DNA of 64,000 bases from Geosiphon pyriformis uo1 (Eukaryota; Fungi; Glomeromycota), in the NCBI GenBank assembly GCA_016748015.1, contig JAAOMT010000571.1:1243095-1307094 (forward strand), written 5' to 3'. The notes beneath the pieces were generated by a model, which had not been told where the DNA came from, did not search any database, and worked only from the letters and a program-made list of their open reading frames with translations. Both the position numbers and the translations under genes were made by a program. Of this stretch, positions 48,651 to 61,992 are shown one piece after another; position 1 is the stretch's first letter, and the number at the start of each line of letters is the position of its first letter.

Positions 48651-51409
48651 TGAGAAAGAGGTAGAGAAGAAGCACCACCTGCCAAAGCCAAACCATCCAA
48701 GTGTGTTGATAGGCTCATGACTGAAGCAGAGAGACCTTCCAACATGTTTTCCAATTTCACAACCTCAGGTAAGATAGTTGAACCTGAAATGGCAGCAGTC
48801 TTGTCACTAGTAGCATCACCCGAACCCACTTTCATTACTATATTCTCCCCTTGATTTTGCGATGGGGAGGTCACCGGCAGCTGACATCCAGGGCTAGGCT
48901 GGGAAACTGCCAGCATGAATAATTCCAACCTCTTAGCCAACTTACCAATTTGTCTCACAAGGCTGACAAGACTGCTTTCAATGCTAACTAAATGTTTTTC
49001 CAAATTATTCACTACTGGAGAGAAAGGTTTACCATTTCTGATGGAACCAAGCTAAGAGTCGTATCCAAGAGAAGTGTTTGAAGGAATAAAGCCAACTACT
49101 AACATCCAAGTTTTTCCACCAAAAGCCAAAGAATGAGAAACAGGAGCAAACTTCCTTTCATAAATCTTCACCAATCTAAACTGGTCTTAAGCTGAAAGAG
49201 GAGCCCTCTTGTCCTTTGGACTCAAAGACACACCAGCTGATTTACAATTCCTAGATGTATGACCAAGAAAATTGCAAAAAAAACACAAGGCAGCAAACAG
49301 GTGCTGTTACCAGTAAAATTTTAGCTATTAATTAGCATGAAATTACCCTTATAATTCTTATAATTCATTAGTATATTAATATCATTTCAAATTATCATTT
49401 ATTATTTAATCAATTATCACATATCACGATTCAATTAAAATAATCTAATTAGTATAACAGAAAGTAAGATGATCAAATTACACAATACCCTGAACTTTGT
49501 AACATTCAAAAATTCGCCGAAATTTACAGAAATTCGCTGAAATTTATAAGAAATTCGCCGAAATTATGAATAGTTCACCCAAATTAATCAATAGTTCAGC
49601 AAAATAACTTGTAGTTCATCAAAATGTATCTTTAGTTTGCCGGAATTTGGGCAAAGAGAAAAAAGTGCAAGTTCATAAACTAGTACTACAACAAGTTGTA
49701 TAAAAGAAGAGCTTTTCTCTTCTAGAAAATGTATCTTACTTTAGATTTATCTCTTAAAACCGTTTCTATGCACACAAAAAGAAATAAATATCAAATAATT
49801 CGAAAAACCAAATTCTTTAATTATTGTACTTGGAAAATCCCCAAAACCCAACTAACATTTCGAAATTGATTAGCTACCAATTTCAGTAAACTGTTAGTGA
49901 CTCCAGGCCTGAATAGAAAACGTTTCTCTTAACAAAATTTTATTTCTTTTACATTTCTTTTATTTTCTTTTATTTTTCTTATTACAATCATTAGGGTAAC
50001 CTACAGACAAGATTCCTGTAGAAGAGTTGACTTTCACAGCAAAGTAACTACACATTTTTAGTGAGCTTCCAGATGAGCAATTCTTGGGAAAGAGTTGACA
50101 TTTACTACAACGTAATTACATAAAGTAACTGGCAAGGAATTGGCCATTCCACTTATAAGCCCAGCAGTTCAAATTATAAGAGATAATTTGAAGATAAATT
50201 CAGTTATTGGAGGTTTAACTACTTCTTAAAAACGTGAATTCACAGCAAATTAACATTACCAACATTTAAGAAAAGAGACCAAAAACCTCTGGTAACAGCA
50301 CAACCAATGGAGACTGAGACTTTTTATCACTAGAGTATTAGCCAAAGTCTGATTCAGATTGCTCTTAGACTCAAAACACACTGTGGCACAATGTGCCCGA
50401 GTGTAGTTAACTAAATTGTGCTCGATGACACATGTTTTTTCACCCACTGAACCAATAAAATCCCAAAGATCATGTGCATTGGTTCCCACAGGAAAAGTGT
50501 AAAACAATGTCTTAAACTCATCTCTGGAATCCCAAGTCTGTTTATCAACATCAGCTCTGGCCACCTGAACCACATCTTTTGCAATAAGAATAAACCACTT
50601 GGATGCCAATAAATCAGCCTGATCAGAATCTTCCAAAGTAACAATTGCTTTTTGTCACAGCTCTACCAACTGCATTTTGATCGACACAACAACCCCAAAT
50701 TTGGAAACAGCTGCGTGCACCACCTCAATCAATGTACCAACAGGAATCTCCTTAATTACAATATCCCGATTTGTACAATTGTTTACCAGACACTTAAAAT
50801 CAGTGTTTACCACAACACCATGATCATTTGCCAACTTCCCAGCAGCCATCATTGCCTTTTCCGAAGTGAAAATTGCACGAATAACTCCACCAAATTTTGA
50901 GGGAATAGAAGCCCCCCCAAAACCATTCACACTTAAAAAAATTTTCCTGATAAAACTCAATTTTTCCTGAGAAAACTTCCCAGCGATGGCCACAAGATTA
51001 ATATCTAAAGCAAAAGATTTGCAAACAGGCACTTGAACGAATAGTTTGATAGATAGAAGGGGCAGGAGAAGAAAAGAATCATCTAATACATCATTGTTTG
51101 TATTGACAGTACCATAATCATTCACACTCAGAGACTATTCTAACACCTTTTTGGTCTTTACATACAAACTCTTTGGCATTTGATTAGGATCCCCTTCTGC
51201 AAAAGCACTACTCTCACTATAATCAACACTGGTTTTCTCAACCAAGCACTTCTCCTCCATGTCAATACTCTCAGACTCAGTAGTGTCATCTGTTTCAGAA
51301 CTCCATGAACAAGCACCAGGAGCTTTAGCAGCAACTTCTCTATTATTAATACCCTCTATCAATACACCTCCTTTCCTCTTCTTCCTCGATGCAACCATCT
51401 TGAAACCAC
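48647..51409 (-). pseudogene. Host LINE ORF1 (RRM-like region, CCHC knuckle, coiled coil); split by a solo LTR; ATG at 61585
   Basis: CFFCNFLGHTSRNC at ~49245-49287; heptad-like LEKHLVSIESSLVSL; directly upstream of APE. Confidence 0.85.
49305..50297 (+). repeat. Solo LTR, family A variant
   Basis: TGTTACCAG...CTGGTAACA; TSD GTGC/GCAC; seven TTCGCCGAAA-type motifs. Confidence 0.92.
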
Positions 51410-51909
51410 TGTTACTCATAGAAATATAGGAAATATATTAGCATAATTATTAGCCAATCAGAAGTAAGCATAGTAAATATGGAATTCCAGGATTCCTTTC
51501 AGGAATTGCAGGATTCCAGAAATTTCAGAATTCCCTGACAAGGAATTGCAGAATTGCAGAATTCCAGGATTTCTCTCAAAGAAATCGCAGAATTCCAGGA
51601 ATTCTAAGATTCCTGTCATGAAAAATCAAGGAATTGAGGAATCCCAATTATGTATATATAGTAGTAGTATTAGAAACAGAAAAGACAGAATCAATACCAC
51701 AGAATCCTTAGCCAAGAAACCAATCATCAAATAAATAATTATTTCATATCTCAATTCACTATTCACTATCAACACTTTATGTTGATAATAATTGATACTT
51801 AACCATGCTGGAACAATAGCTCTTGATCATGGCTATTGATAAGATACTAATGTACCGAATTGCCTTGGCTTATTTTCTTTATTTTCTTTAATTTTATTTT
51901 CTTTTTTTT

Positions 51910-51954
<45 letters not shown>

Positions 51955-52335
51955 CTTTGATTTTGTTGTTGTATACTAATTGAGTAAAAAAATTAAGCAC
52001 TAAGTTATTGACATCAAGGATAGCCTGGTAAAAGACCCAGAAATAAGGATAGAATTATATATATTAACAGATAGCTTACCAGAAGGGCACAACTGCCAGA
52101 ATAAATCTGGCTGCCAAGCTGAGAAAGAAATTGGGCATAATTGCGACTCCAGGAAAACTACTATCATCACCACTGAATCTCTGTCCATTATACAAAGAAC
52201 TCCACAACAAAATCTTCAGATCAACCAAAACTTTCAGATACCATACCTTCCGCACATCATCCATAAAAGTAGCTTTTGAGCACCAAGTTATGAGTTTGTT
52301 ATTCAATACAACAACAGAAATAATCACCTGTAACA
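51410..52335 (+). repeat. 5' LTR of family B element
   Basis: Direct repeat of 60669-61547; GAATT(C/G)CAG repeats and a long T-tract. Confidence 0.95.
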
Positions 52336-52397
52336 TTTGGTGCTTTCTGTGAGGTATAATCCTACAGAGAACCAGCACTGACAACACCAAACCAAAA

Positions 52398-53858
52398 GTG
52401 GCAGAATCAGAAATTATAGGAGCAAACCATTTAGGATTCGCAAAATCCTTATTTCAACATTATTGTCAATACTTAGCCTTCAATTTCTACGTCAATGAAA
52501 AGATTTCCTTTTTATTAGAAACATCAGTGAATACTGAATCAGCAAGAGAAACTTTCTATAAGAAATTAATTCAAAACACCAACTTACTAACAAACCATAA
52601 TTTTGCATCCATCATCACTGAAATCAACAAAGAAATTGAATACCACACTCAACAAAGATATCCAATTACATACGCTAGTAAAAGCAAGGGAAAATTACAA
52701 ATATCAACAGTAACACTTCGAAAAATACAGCCACCTGCTTGGAAGAAAAACAGAGTTGAATCCCCAAGTAACTCATCATACCACTATACATTTGGAAACG
52801 CCATCAACATATCATCAACCGATGCGTTTCCATCAACTGTAACATCAGTATTTGGACGATTCCCATTCCAAAGTAGACAAAAAAAAACAGAATTGTTAGG
52901 ACCATATGGGAAATACTTTGAGAGATTTAATTTACAATCATCAACCTTATCAGGACTTCAATCACCACCGCCTCCACCAGATTTCGGAATTTTTGATCCA
53001 TGGGAAACAGCAGAATCAGAAAAAGAGGAAGAAGAATCAGAGGATCAAGAATTCACTTACCAGCACCCAATCACTAAAAACCCAGAAGTTGAAACCCTGA
53101 ATATTCAAACTCAGCAACAGTTAGAAAATCCGGAAATCGAAACTCCGAATATTCGAACGCTGCCAAATTAAAAAAATCAAAACCCCGAATTAATTAATCA
53201 GCAAAACTTACCTCCAGTAATTATTATCGATCAACCACCGATTAATCCCATAGCCGAACCCATACAGCAGTCACTTCAGCTATCACCCCAACAGCCAGGA
53301 CAATAACAACTGTTTCAACAGTCACCACAACCACCTAACTTAGATCCAATGGCCTACGCACCAATCGCAAAACTTGACAACTTTACGGGCGAAAAGAATG
53401 ACACTCAAATATAGCTGAATGATGTAGAAAAGGCCATTGCAGCCAACGGATGAAATGACGCTCAAGCAATGCAAGCCATTTCCTACTGTCTCAAAGATAC
53501 CGCCAATTTATGGTACCAGAGCTTGATTAATAAACCACAAGATTTTAATGCCTTCAAAGTGGAATTTCTAAGATACTTCAGCAATAATAACAGCATCAAT
53601 CGCCTAGTCAATGCATTTACCACCATGAAACAAGGAGAAACTGAAGCAGTCACCACTTACCTGGGACGCTTCCATCAAAACCTATGCCAAATTCAAGCAA
53701 TTGACGCCAACTATTTCACAGCACCACAGATACTCAATCAGTTTATCTGTGGCCTGCGCAGCAGCATCTTACAACATGTATGTCCATTGCATCCAGGCAC
53801 CCTTCAAGATGCAGTCACACGTGCCAGAGATTTTGAATCTGCTGAGTCAGAGACTAAC
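52398..53858 (+). pseudogene. gag: Family B gag, 5' part (GTG-started extension; capsid from ATG 53349)
   Basis: MAYAPIAKLDNFTG...QILNQFICGLR...ARDFE, homologous to the family A capsid. Confidence 0.88.
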
Positions 53859-56800
53859 AGTATTGTTCTGGTTTTATTATATTTTTGGGTTGAAATGTTC
53901 TTAGATTTGTCTTATTCGCGATAAACCATTAGCATTTCCATTGTCTTTTCCCTTTTTGTAATGTATAGTATAATTGTATAATGTGAGTGCCATTTTCTAT
54001 CTTGACTGTCTTCCATCTCCAAATTCTTGTTTTTGGGGTGATGTTAATCCCTTGTGATCTGTGTATACTTCAAACTTCTGGCTCAAGTATTCTTTCTATT
54101 TCATAACAGCCCAGTATATTGCTAAGTGTTCTTGTTCCAGTGTTCTATAGTTCTTTTCGGCTGGTGTTAAATCTCTGCTGGCATATGCTACTGGATGTTC
54201 TCTGCTGTCCGGTCCTCTCTGAAATAATACTGCTCCCAATGCTTGGCTGGATGCATTGGTGGTGATGATGAATGGTTTGCTGTAATCTGAATAGATCAGT
54301 ACTGGAGCTTGGATGAGCTTTTTCCTCAGAATATTAAAAGCTTCTTGTTGACTTTCTGTCCATTCATATTTCACATTTTTGTTTTGCAGTTGATTGAGTG
54401 GCTGCACTATCTTGGAAAAATTCTTGATAAAATAACGATAGTAGTTGACAAATCCCAAGAATGATTTCAGTTCTGTTATATTGGTTGGCATTGGAAAGTT
54501 TTTTACTATCTCTATTTTCTTTGGATCCGTTTTGATGCTGTTTTTGCTGACTATGTGTTCCAAAAATTTGAGTTCTGTCTTGCCAAAGAAGCACTTTGTC
54601 ACATTTAACTTTAGTCCTGCTTTTTTTAGTCTTTTGAACACTTGTTAAAGATAATGAAGATGATCATTAAACATTTTTGAGAATACATTGGTGTTGTTCA
54701 AGTATACAACTACTGATTTCCACAATAAGCCAGTATAAACAATTTCTATTAGCCATTGGAAAGTTGCTGGGACATTGGTTAAGCCAAATAGCATTACTTT
54801 AAATTCGAAATTCCCTTCTCTAATAGTAAATGCCGTCTTCTCTTTGTCAGCTGGATTCATGGCTACTTGTCAGTAACCACTGTCCAAATTTAATGTAGAG
54901 AACCATTTGTTCCCACAGAAAGCATCAAATAATTCCTGTATTTGTGGAGTTGGATAACTGTCTTCATGAGTTACACTATTGAGTTTCCTGTAGTCTACAC
55001 AAAACTGGATTTTTCCATTTTTCTTATGGACAAGTACCACTGGGGATGACCATGGACTCATTGATGGTTGAATTAGCCCGTTGTTAAGCATTCTGTTTAT
55101 CTCTTGATAAATAATCTCGTGGCTGGCTGGTGGCATTCTGTATGCTCTTTGTTTGATTGGCATTGCATTTCCAGTCTTGATTTGATGCTGGATGATGTCA
55201 GTTCGGCCAAACTCATTTTTGCTGGCAAAGATGTCATTGAAATTGTTGAGTAACATCTTGAGCTGCATATATTGGAGTGGATCTAAGTTTCCCATGTTCA
55301 TTTGTTCCAATTGTTCTGGTTGGAGCAAATAACATTTGTCTTGTCCATAGATTGTTTGTGATGTGATGTCAACATATTCACAAAATTGTGGAAAGTCTGG
55401 AATGGGGTTTGGTGGTTGGTCTTCTATTTCTGTGGTTAAATATCCAATGGTGGTTCCTTTTGGTATGTTGATGATATTGCCAGTGTTGTTGTAGATAAGA
55501 ATTTTTATGTTGCTATAGCTTTTGGCTGGTATGTGGAGATTGATCAACCCAATCTCTCCTGATTTACAAAGGGTTGCTTTCACTTCAAAAATCTGTTCTT
55601 GCTCTTTTTCCTTCCTTTTTATTGCTAACATGTACTGGCTATATGGTGGAATGGAAATAGCTTGACCAGTTGAGATAATTTCTCCTTGGCCAACAATTTC
55701 TTCTTCTGCCATATTAACTGGTACATCTGTTCTATCCGTTGATCCAAATCCTTGTATTCTTCTCGCTGTTATTCCTAATTTCTCCTTCTTTCCCACTGAT
55801 ACTAACTGAGCTACTCTAATCAGAGGCAGGAATATTGCCTGTGCTATCTTTTCATTGGGCTCTATTATATAGGCTTTTTCTGAGTCATTTTGTAGCATGG
55901 CGATAATATTTCCTACATATCTCACATCAATTATTCCTCTTCTTATATTGATCCCTCTTTTCGCTAAACTACTCCTAGATGCTAATTGAACCATTGTTGT
56001 TGCCAGAATCTCTAATGCTATTTTCAGATCAATGCAGGTGCATGAATGTGGTTCCAATTTGATGGCATTTTTTCCTGGATACCTCAGATCAAACCCTGCA
56101 TTTGTATTATGTGCACGTTCTGGCATAATACCTTCCCCATTGTCACTATACCATTTCAACTCTTGTTCCTTGGAGAGATCTGGTAGTGCAATGTATTGTT
56201 CATAGTTTAAATTGGGTTTTGAATCTGAGTCTGAATTGTTTTTGTTGTCATTGCCATTTTAAACAGAGCTGGAACCAGTGTTTTTGTTGTCATCATCGAA
56301 GTCTGGATCATGATTAATCAGTGATTCTGATTCCAATACACAGCTGCTGATTGGTTCTTCTTCTTTAGAGATCAAGTAGATCATGCATGGTGGTGGATTG
56401 TAAATGAGGTCACAATCGTCACAATATTCAAAGTCATTGGGAATTAAACACTGGCAACACAGTTTTGTATTTAACTGTGCTAGCCGTTGTTCTTGCTCTT
56501 CTCTAGTGGGTGCCAAGTTTTGGTAGTGTTCATGGAACTCTTCTGGTTCTAGAAAATTTATAACTGGCTCTGCGTCCCAGTCAAGCTCAATGGGTTCTGG
56601 TGGGTTGTTTTTAATTGTCCAGATTTCTTCTGGGAACATGCCTTCAATTTTGGCAGTTGCCATTCTCCAAATTTTGTCATCGTCATGTGGGCAACTGTCT
56701 AATCGTCGCACTGCTCTTTGCTAAGCAGCTTCAATTCCCCTTTTTTAATCCAGTCATTGATCAGAATTGTGTATTGACACTCTACATTGCACATTCTTCC

Positions 56801-58601
56801 ATGTCCAGGAATGTCATGCCACATTCCTTCGTCCAAGAGAGTCTCTCCACAAGCTAAGCATGGCTGATTGTCCCATTTTCCTACTCGTTTTGGTCTTCCA
56901 AAGCGTTCAAGGATGCATGGGTGGCAATAGAACCTAGTTGCCATTGAATATTCCTTATTGTTCCCACAGCATGCACCCATTGACAACAATTTCTTGCTGC
57001 AATCGACGCATATAAGCTTAGATCAATGATAAGTAGATTGTTGTGATATAGTGTAGGTGTTATAAGCAGTGGTGGTTTGGGTGGTCTTTTCTTCTTTCCC
57101 TTTTCCTTTATTTTCTTTGTTCTCTTCCCATTCCTAGCTTGAAGTCGGTTTGCTCTCATTGTTGTCAGTCCATGTCAGGTCATCAGTTTCTTAGGTAAGT
57201 TCTTCCTTTTGTTTCTCTTTTCCCTTGTTGTTGTCGTCTTAGGAGAGTATTGGCAGTAGTTTATTGTGCTTTTCGTCCGTCCACGACACTTGATAGGCTT
57301 TCCAGGTAGGCTTTTCTTTCTCCTCCTCTAGTTCGATCAATAGTTTCTCTCTTGGAGGAGTTTTGAAGTGGCCACATGTGACTGGAACATATATGTATTG
57401 GCCCTGATACATTAGCTAGAGTTTCTGGGTGTTCCAGTCTAATGTTGCATTGACTTTGGATAGCCAGTTATTACCAACGAGAGCTTGGTATTGAGTGGTT
57501 TCCATCACTAAAACTTTAATGGAAGTCACAATGCCATTGACTTCAAAAGGAAAGTTGTCGATTTTGCCAATTGGAGTTTTGGTCACTCTATCTGCTGTGA
57601 TAATTCTGGTGCTGGCAGTTTGATTAACTCAGTGATCTAATTGATCCATGAGTTGTCTTGTGATTATGCTGCCTGCAGAACCACTGTCCAGGATCAATTT
57701 GATGGATTGTCCTTCGACTTTGGCATCAGTGTACATTGCAGTGATTGGTTTGGCTTCAAGAGTGGCTTCACTAAATAATAGCATTGCAGCTGTTTTCTCA
57801 AATTTGAATGGGAAGATAGCGGCCAATGACTCATCTTTGGTGATGATAGCAGGTAGGATATTACTGGTGAGTGGTTGTTTTTGGGTAAATGCCAGGTTAT
57901 TGGTTGAAGTGTCTTCTGGGGTGACCAGGAGACTTAAATAGTTCTGGGAATTCAGGTTCTGGGGTTGACCAGTACCTGAATTCTGCTGGTGTAATCCAAA
58001 TGGTTGCTGTGAAGAACTGGGGATTGGTTGATAGACTACTATCACTGATCTCCAGCTCTGTTGAGTCATTTTTGGTCTTTGGGTTCCATTGGGTGGTAAG
58101 TTTTGGGGTGGTGTTTGGATCTGTTGGGGTTGATAAATTATTTGTGGCTGCAGTTGATATATTACTTGTGGCTGTGGCTGATAAATCAGAGGTTGATATA
58201 CTGGAGACTGATGACTGTGTCACTGGTAGGTAAGTGGGTGGGTTTTGATTTGGGTACTGATTCGGAGTTTGGAACCGGCGATCAGGGTTTCAATATGGAT
58301 TTTTTGATCGTTGGTTATTTAAATGCTGGTAACAGTCAATTTGGATATGTCCTTGTTTACCACAATAGTGGCAGATATGCGTTTCCTGTTGCCACTGTTA
58401 ATTGGTTGATAAAGATTGACGTGGTTGATTTTGGGCACGATTAGAGTTTTCTTGATTATTGCATTGTTGTGGAGGCTGATAAATGGCGTGATTGTCAGCT
58501 AAGTATCCTTCCAATCTCTTATTGATTGATTTACTGAACTTCTCCAATTTGGAATCCAATTCAGATAATCCGTTCATTACTAGATTAATGGCTTGGGCGT
58601 G
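53859..58601 (-). pseudogene. pol: Family B gag 3' part + pol (CCHC, PR, Cys-rich domain, dUTPase, RT, RNase H), inverted
   Basis: CHYCGKQGHIQIDC, LILDSGSAG, AGFDLRYPG/ASRSSL/QGFGST, SPWSSPVVLV, RNase H ending NGLSRIRQI-TAA (53901-53903). Confidence 0.92.
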
Positions 58602-58621
58602 AATGGAAAATACAACAAAAA

Positions 58622-59971
58622 ATGAACATACAAAAATATTAACAATTGCAATATTATCTAAACACTCAACAGTTCAAGGAGAATTTATCTCAAATGGAAC
58701 AAAGAAGTATCAAACAACAATCAAAATATTTTATCACTCATCAAAATATACTTTATTGGAAAAATAGAAGGGATCCAGATCAACCAACCAGAGTAATTAT
58801 GAAGCCAGAAAAAGAGACAATATTATTCAACATGCACTCAAATCCAACAGCAGGACATTTTCACAAAGAAACAACCATAGAAAAAACCAGAAAGAGATAT
58901 TATTGGCCATCAATGTACTCAAACATCATTCAATATGTTCAAAATTGTGATGCTTGTTAGCAAAGAGGAGGAACAAGACCCAGTGAACCATTAAGACCAA
59001 TTAAAGTGAGACAACCATTTGACCGTATAAGAATTGATTTAGTCGGACCATTAACAATGACCAGCAGAGGAAACAGATACATAGCAGTAGCTATGGACTA
59101 TCTCATTAAATGGCCAGAGGCGAAAGCAATTCAAAGAGCAGATGCAGAATCCGTTGCCAAATTCGTTTATTAGGATTTGATTTGTTGACATAGATGTCCA
59201 AAAGAATTATTATCAGACCAAGGAACTCATTTTGTGAACAGAACATTAACAGAATTGAGCCAAAGATTCGGAATCAAGAGACCATTATCATCACCATACC
59301 ATCCACAAACCAATGGATTAGTAGAAAGATTCAACAGAACATTGTGTAAAGCAATAGCCAAGCTCAACCAAGAAAACCAGAATGATTGGGATTTGTTCAT
59401 ATCATCAGTACTATTTGCTTATTAGACAACAAAACAGGATACTACACAAGCAACACTATTTAAATTAGTATATGGGAGAATAGCAATGTTACCAGTAGAG
59501 AGAAAAATTAATACATATCCAGCTAAACCAATAACAGAGAAAAATTTTCAAGAAACATTAGAAAACAAACAAAGAAGAACAGCTGATAATATCCAAAAGT
59601 CACAAGAAACACAGAAAGAAAGACATGATAGTTAACTACCAGACAAACCAGTTGAATTTAAGATCGGAGACAAAGTATTACTACATCATACCAAAGCGGA
59701 AAAACAATGGAGTGGAAAATTTGACCCCAAATGGGATGGACCATTTCACATAGAAGAAATTCTAGGAAATGGAGCTTACAAATTAAGATTGGATAACAAA
59801 ATTTTAACCAAAGCAGCACATGAAGATTGACTAAAACCATATCACAATATCACACTACCATCTACCAGTAATATTCCACAATTAGGAGTACAGAGAATAC
59901 TAGTTCAACCAGATGAGATTCCACAAGATCTGGAACCAATCATTATTATCGACAACAACACATTAAATTGA
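58622..59971 (+). pseudogene. int: Family B integrase ORF
   Basis: HSNPTAGH..CDAC, IDLVGP, SDQGTHF, GLVERFNRT, WDGPFHI; own ATG at 58622. Confidence 0.92.
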
Positions 59972-60025
59972 TCCATCAAAAGAATATATAAAGACATAGT
60001 AGATGTGACAGGAAATATCAGAAAA

Positions 60026-60655
60026 ATGGAAATTACAGACAACATTCACTCACTAGCACAACAACTCTTTCAATTAATCCAACACCAGGAAATGGAGATT
60101 ACAATCAATTAACAAACCATTTGATATCAAGATACTAGAAAGACATTTCAACTCAGAACACAGAAAAAAACTGAAAATACTGTAGACAAAATCATGGCAA
60201 AAGTAAAATTAGCAATAAAAGAATTGACAAAAGAGTCACTATATCAAGAGTTGACTAGAGAAACTTGAAATTGGTGGATACAACAATTTCCACAAAACTA
60301 TTATTATTTTTACTTGGGACAACACATAAATATCCAAAATCTATATACGGATAAAACAAAGCAATTATTCGACAAAAAAATACTACAACAATTAGAACAT
60401 TTTGTGGGAAAAAACAACTTATCCACACAAGCCCGAGCCATATACCGAATACACACAGTATTTCAGGATAAACCAGAAATATTGCTCAACAGAGCAATGA
60501 ATATGGTTACCAGTAATCAATTGGGAAAAATCACCAATGCTCAATTTGAAGAATTATAGACCCAAATAACACAAGTAATTCTCGAAAACAAAATCCAGGA
60601 AATATTTTAAGAGGGAGAATTACATGAGTTAAATTTCGACAGAGCTCAATATTAA
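60026..60655 (+). pseudogene. Family B ORF3, distant homologue of family A ORF3
   Basis: ATG 60026 in frame with 60314-60559; YFYLGQ, RAIYRIHTVF and LGKITNAQFEEL align to YFHIGK, RAALRLYDLF and IGKLTELKFQQF. True stop may be 60610 or 60655. Confidence 0.7.
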
Positions 60656-60668
60656 AAGAAGGGAATAA

Positions 60669-61547
60669 TGTTACTCATAGAAATATAGGAAATATATTAG
60701 CATAATTATTAGCCAATCAGAAGTAAGCGTAATAAATGTGGAATTCCAGGATTTCTCTCAGGAATTTCAGGATTCCCTGATAAGAAATTGCAGAATTGCA
60801 GAATTGCAGAATTCCTCTCAAAGGAATCGCAGGATTCCAGGAATTCCAGAATTTCTGTCGTGAAGAATCGAGGAATTGAGGAATCCCAATTATGTATATA
60901 TAGTAGTAGTGTTAAAAACAAAAAAGACAGAATCGATACCACAGAATCCTTAGCCAAGAAACCAATCATCAAATAAATAATTATTCCATATCTTAATTCA
61001 CTATCCACTATCAACACTTCATGTTGATAATAATTAATACTTAACCATGCTAGAACAATAGCTCTTGATCATGGCTATTGATAAGATACTAATGTACCAA
61101 ATTGCCTTGGCTTATTTTCTTTATTTTCTTTAATTTTATTTTCTTTAATTTTATTTTATTTTCTTTCTTTGATTTTGTTGTTGTATACTAATTGAGTAAA
61201 AAGATTAAGCACTGAGTTATTGGCGTCAAGGATAGCCTGGTAAAAGACCCAGAAATAAGGGTAAAATTATATATATTAACAGATAGCTTACCAGAAGGGC
61301 ACAACTGCCAGAATAAATCTGGCTGCCAAGCTGAGAAAGAAATTGGGCATAATTGTGACTCCAGAAAAACTACTACCATTACCACTGAATCTCTGTCTAT
61401 TATACAAAGAACTTCACAACAAAACCTTCAGATCAACCAAAACTTTCAGATATCATATCTTCCACATATCATCCACGAAAGTAGCTTTTAAGCACCAAGT
61501 TACAGGTTTGTTATTCAATACAACAACAGAAATAATCACCTGTAACA
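60669..61547 (+). repeat. 3' LTR of family B element
   Basis: Direct repeat of 51410-52335. Confidence 0.95.
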
Positions 61548-61992
61548 CCACCCTTAAAACCAGAAACTTTAATAGTCTTCTTCATAACAGCAATAACAGG
61601 ACTAACAATGGCCTTGTAATTAAAGAACAGTTTTAATTTATCATACTGAATAGTAAAAAACATCTTTCGAAAAAACTTTTGACTCTTTTTTGGGAATTTT
61701 GGACGAAGGAGAGAAAGAAGTTTTTTTGTTTTTCTCTTAAATAATACACTTTTTTGTTAAAATTTTATTAATTACTATAAAAAAAATAATATTTGAAACT
61801 TTTTTACTCTTTGCTCTGGTTGTAATCATAAAATAAGAAAAAAAAAAGAGTTTTTTTTTAAGTTATTTTCTGAAAAATATAAAAAATTTTATTTTTAAAA
61901 TATATTTTTTTGAGAAATTTGGAATAAATAAATAAAGCACTTTATTTTTAATATATTGTAATTATTTATAACTATTTTTAATTTAATTTGTA

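Larger units (their letters stand above)
51410..61547 (+). mobile_element. Ty3/Gypsy LTR retrotransposon, family B, with an internal 4.7-kb inversion
   Basis: LTRs 51410-52335 and 60669-61547 (TGTTAC...GTAACA); TSD CCAC; PBS TGGTGCTTTCTGTGAGG at 52338; purine tract AAAAGAAGGGAA before the 3' LTR. Confidence 0.94.
13725..61745 (-). mobile_element. Full-length LINE (~6.8 kb after removing five nested LTR insertions); ORF1 + APE-RT-RNase H ORF2
   Basis: Poly(A) as a T-run at 13719-13730; TSD ACACTTTTTT at 13715-13724 and 61746-61755. The six fragments rejoin collinearly once each insertion plus one TSD copy is removed, restoring the frame where checked (e.g. KITDFMHSLCSAF, VNLFSDS, GGFKMVASRKKRK). 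Confidence 0.9.

Noticed and set aside
51514-51526. Perfect heat-shock element TTCcaGAAatTTC in the family B 5' LTR
   Set aside because: Not preserved in the 3' LTR; probably produced by G>A decay of the repeat block.
51546-51734. LTR-encoded small ORFs (also 60788-60976, 34522-34734, 43410-43622)
   Set aside because: Duplicated only because LTRs are duplicated; non-ATG starts and no motif support.
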